NCBI GenBank assembly: GCA_963662615.2
Contig: CAXXSR010000002.1
Coordinates: forward strand, 384,001 to 448,000
Origin: Dehalococcoidia bacterium
GTDB lineage: Bacteria; Chloroflexota; Dehalococcoidia; Bin125
Length of the DNA: 64,000 nt
Direction: 5' to 3'
How positions within the stretch are numbered: position 1 is the first letter of the stretch; each line of letters opens with the position of its first letter. Made by a program: the position numbers and the translations under genes. A model generated the notes under the pieces. That model saw only the letters and a list, made by a program, of their open reading frames with translations. It did not search any database and was not told the DNA's origin. This document shows, piece by piece, positions 61,740-64,000 of the stretch.

Positions 61740-62688
61740 CTCGGGGGCGCCCCCGTCCCCATCCGCTCCCGGCGTCGAGGAGTGGATTGAGGTTTCGATC
61801 ACGGTCCCCCCAATCGCGGTGGAACAGGCCACGGCCCTGCTGGAGCGCTGTACGCGCTCCGGCGCCGCGATCACTGTGCCGTTCCAGCAGGGCGAAGAGT
61901 TCGGCGCAGCCACCATTGATCCAGCCGCCGACGCGCGCGTCAGCTGCTATGTGCCCGCTCAGGCGTGGCCGTCGCTGCGGCCGCGGGTCGTGAGCGCGCT
62001 CGCCGAATGCAGCTGGCCCGGCCGGGGCGCCGCCGGGGCGCCGTCGCTGCACACAAAGGCGCTGCGCCGCCGGGACTGGGAAAACGCCTGGCAGCAGTTC
62101 GCCCAGGTGCTGCGCCTGGGCCGGCTGGTCATTCAGCCCACCTGCCGGCGCTACCGTCCCGCGGCTGATGAGGTGGTGGTGCTGGTAGAGCCGGGCTTGG
62201 CCTTCGGCACCGGCCAACACGAGAGCACCCGCATGGCGCTGGTCGCGCTCGCCGCGTTGGTCCGTCGCGGCCAGCGCGTGCTGGATTTCGGCGCCGGCTC
62301 CGGCATCCTGGCCTGCGCGGCGGCGCGGTTGGGCGCGTCGGTGGTGGACGCCGTGGACAGCGACCCGCAGGCGGTGCAGGCCAGCCGCCAAAACGCGGAT
62401 CGCAACGGCGTTGGTGACGTGGTCCGCGTTTGGGAGCAGGACGCCCCCAAGCGGGGAAGCTATGACGTTGTGGTGGCCAACATTGACGCAGCCACGCTTA
62501 GCCGCCACGCCGGGAGCCTCGCCGCCGCGACCTGCCCCGGCGGCGCCTGCATCCTGGGTGGCATCATTGCGGCGCAGGTCGCCCGGATCGAACGGGCCCT
62601 GGCCGCCACGCCCCTACGCGTACAGGAGATCGACAGCGATGGTGAATGGCGAACCATCCGCGCCGCGCGTCCCGCGCATCTTCCTTGA
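61723..62688 (+). CDS. prmA: Ribosomal protein L11 methyltransferase
   Basis: PGLAFGTG.HEST, LDFGAGSGIL, VVANI; start uncertain. Confidence 0.92.
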   Translation: MRSRPSSGAPPSPSAPGVEEWIEVSITVPPIAVEQATALLERCTRSGAAITVPFQQGEEFGAATIDPAADARVSCYVPAQAWPSLRPRVVSALAECSWPGRGAAGAPSLHTKALRRRDWENAWQQFAQVLRLGRLVIQPTCRRYRPAADEVVVLVEPGLAFGTGQHESTRMALVALAALVRRGQRVLDFGAGSGILACAAARLGASVVDAVDSDPQAVQASRQNADRNGVGDVVRVWEQDAPKRGSYDVVVANIDAATLSRHAGSLAAATCPGGACILGGIIAAQVARIERALAATPLRVQEIDSDGEWRTIRAARPAHLP

Positions 62689-63415
62689 TGACCCGGAGGC
62701 GCTGAGCGGCCAAGGGGTGACGATTCGCGGGCCGGCCGTGCGGCGATTGAGCCGCGTGCTGCGGTTGCGCCGCGGTAGCGGCCTGGAGGTCGTCTGGGGG
62801 GACACGCTCTATACGGTGGAGTTGGTGCGAGTGGGCCGCGAGGTGGTGGAGGGGGAGATTCGTCAATCACGCGCGGTACAGCGGGAGTCCGGCCCGGGCA
62901 TTGTGCTCTGCCCCGCCATTATTCGGCCACAGCGCTTCGACGTGCTTCTGGAGAAGGCCACCGAGCTGGGCGTTGCCCGCATCCGCCCCGTCCGTGCGGA
63001 GCGCTCGTACGCGAAGTCGCTGGGCCGCGAGCGCTACGCCCGCTGGCAGCGGCTCGTCACGGAGGCGGCGGAGCAGTGCCGACGCGAGCAGCGACCGCAG
63101 ATCGATCAGCCGATGGGGCTGGGGACACTGGTCGAGGAGACCATCACGGGGAGTGTGGTGGGGCTGCTGGCTTCGGAGCGGGAGCGCGGCCGGCGCGTGG
63201 CGGACGTGCTGGGGCCCGCCCAGGCCGGCGGCCGCCGTCTTGAGCAGGTGCGGATCCTCGTTGGTCCAGAGGGCGGGTTCACAGCGGGGGAGACAGGCAT
63301 GATTATCGACCAGGGCTGGGCGCCGGTGACGCTGGGGCCGCGCCCCCTGCGGTCCGAGACCGCCGCGGTGGTGGCGATGGCCGTGGTGCAGGAGGCGCTG
63401 CTGGCGCGTCCTTAG
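62639..63415 (+). CDS. rsmE: 16S rRNA m3U1498 methyltransferase
   Basis: RVLR, KATELG, EAAEQC.R, VGPEGGF, LG.R.LRSETA. Confidence 0.93.
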   Translation: MVNGEPSAPRVPRIFLDDPEALSGQGVTIRGPAVRRLSRVLRLRRGSGLEVVWGDTLYTVELVRVGREVVEGEIRQSRAVQRESGPGIVLCPAIIRPQRFDVLLEKATELGVARIRPVRAERSYAKSLGRERYARWQRLVTEAAEQCRREQRPQIDQPMGLGTLVEETITGSVVGLLASERERGRRVADVLGPAQAGGRRLEQVRILVGPEGGFTAGETGMIIDQGWAPVTLGPRPLRSETAAVVAMAVVQEALLARP

Positions 63416-64000
63416 CCGGCGCGCTGATTGGGCGACTGCACGGCGTCCGCCGGGTCGAACTCTTCCAGGGGGTTGGGGAACTCGTTGACGCGGATCCACT
63501 GGACGGGGTCGATAGGGACGCCGTGGGCGGCCATCTCCCAGTGCAGATGCGGACCGGTGGCGAGGCCGGTTGCGCCAATGCGGCCGATGAAATCGCCCGT
63601 GCGGACGACGTCACCGGGCGCCACCACCACCTCCGAGAGGTGCCAGTAGCTGCTCAAGAGCCCCACACCGTGGTCGATCAGGAGCCCATTGCCGCGTCGC
63701 TGCGACTGCCCCACCCAGACCACGACGCCCGCGTTGGGGGCAAGGATGGGGTCGCCGTTCTCGCCGGCGAAGTCTAAGCCGGTGTGGTACTCCGAGACCG
63801 GCAGGAAGTTGTAAGAGCGGAGCAGGCCGTAGTTGGCGGTGATGACGCCGTTGGAGGGCGGATCGAAGACTCCGTCCCAATGCCGCTCCTGCGTTTCGCG
63901 GCGCAGCATGACGTCGATCAGTGCGGCGTTGTCCGCCCCGATTTCAGGGTCGAGGAGGGCGGCATTGGATTCGTCCAGCTCCACCACTTCCGTCTGCCAA
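63412..64000 (-). CDS. M23 family peptidase (5' end outside the window)
   Basis: HTGLD, DHG, YWHL, GATGLATGPHLHWE. Confidence 0.9.
   Translation of the reverse strand, partial: WQTEVVELDESNAALLDPEIGADNAALIDVMLRRETQERHWDGVFDPPSNGVITANYGLLRSYNFLPVSEYHTGLDFAGENGDPILAPNAGVVVWVGQSQRRGNGLLIDHGVGLLSSYWHLSEVVVAPGDVVRTGDFIGRIGATGLATGPHLHWEMAAHGVPIDPVQWIRVNEFPNPLEEFDPADAVQSPNQRAG

Overview
High-GC bacterial chromosomal window spanning the probable replication origin. The dnaA-obgE-nadD order with gyrB nearby, and no dnaN behind dnaA, suggests Chloroflexota (class Dehalococcoidia); this is an inference. Most content is housekeeping: murT/gatD, modABC, ychF, gyrB, coaX-coaBC, pepA, rpsO-pnp-dapB-asd-dapA, purA, pyrG-tal-rho, and a CIRCE-controlled hrcA-grpE-dnaK-dnaJ-prmA-rsmE operon. 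The most striking accessory feature is an intact 2.6 kb IS1-family (ISMhu11-like) element at 54089-56687, with 17-bp terminal inverted repeats and a 9-bp target duplication. It carries a Fic gene, a small accessory ORF and, just upstream of the transposase start, a 70-nt tRNA/tmRNA-TLD-like fold with a G3-U70 acceptor stem. Also notable: a Schlafen/AlbA_2 gene inserted in a CoA-metabolism operon; PNPase with a repeat-containing, frameshifted disordered tail; two genes broken by short tandem duplications; two apparent pseudoenzymes; and a candidate terminator/antiterminator leader before asd. All calls come from reading the sequence by eye; no searches or folding programs were run.
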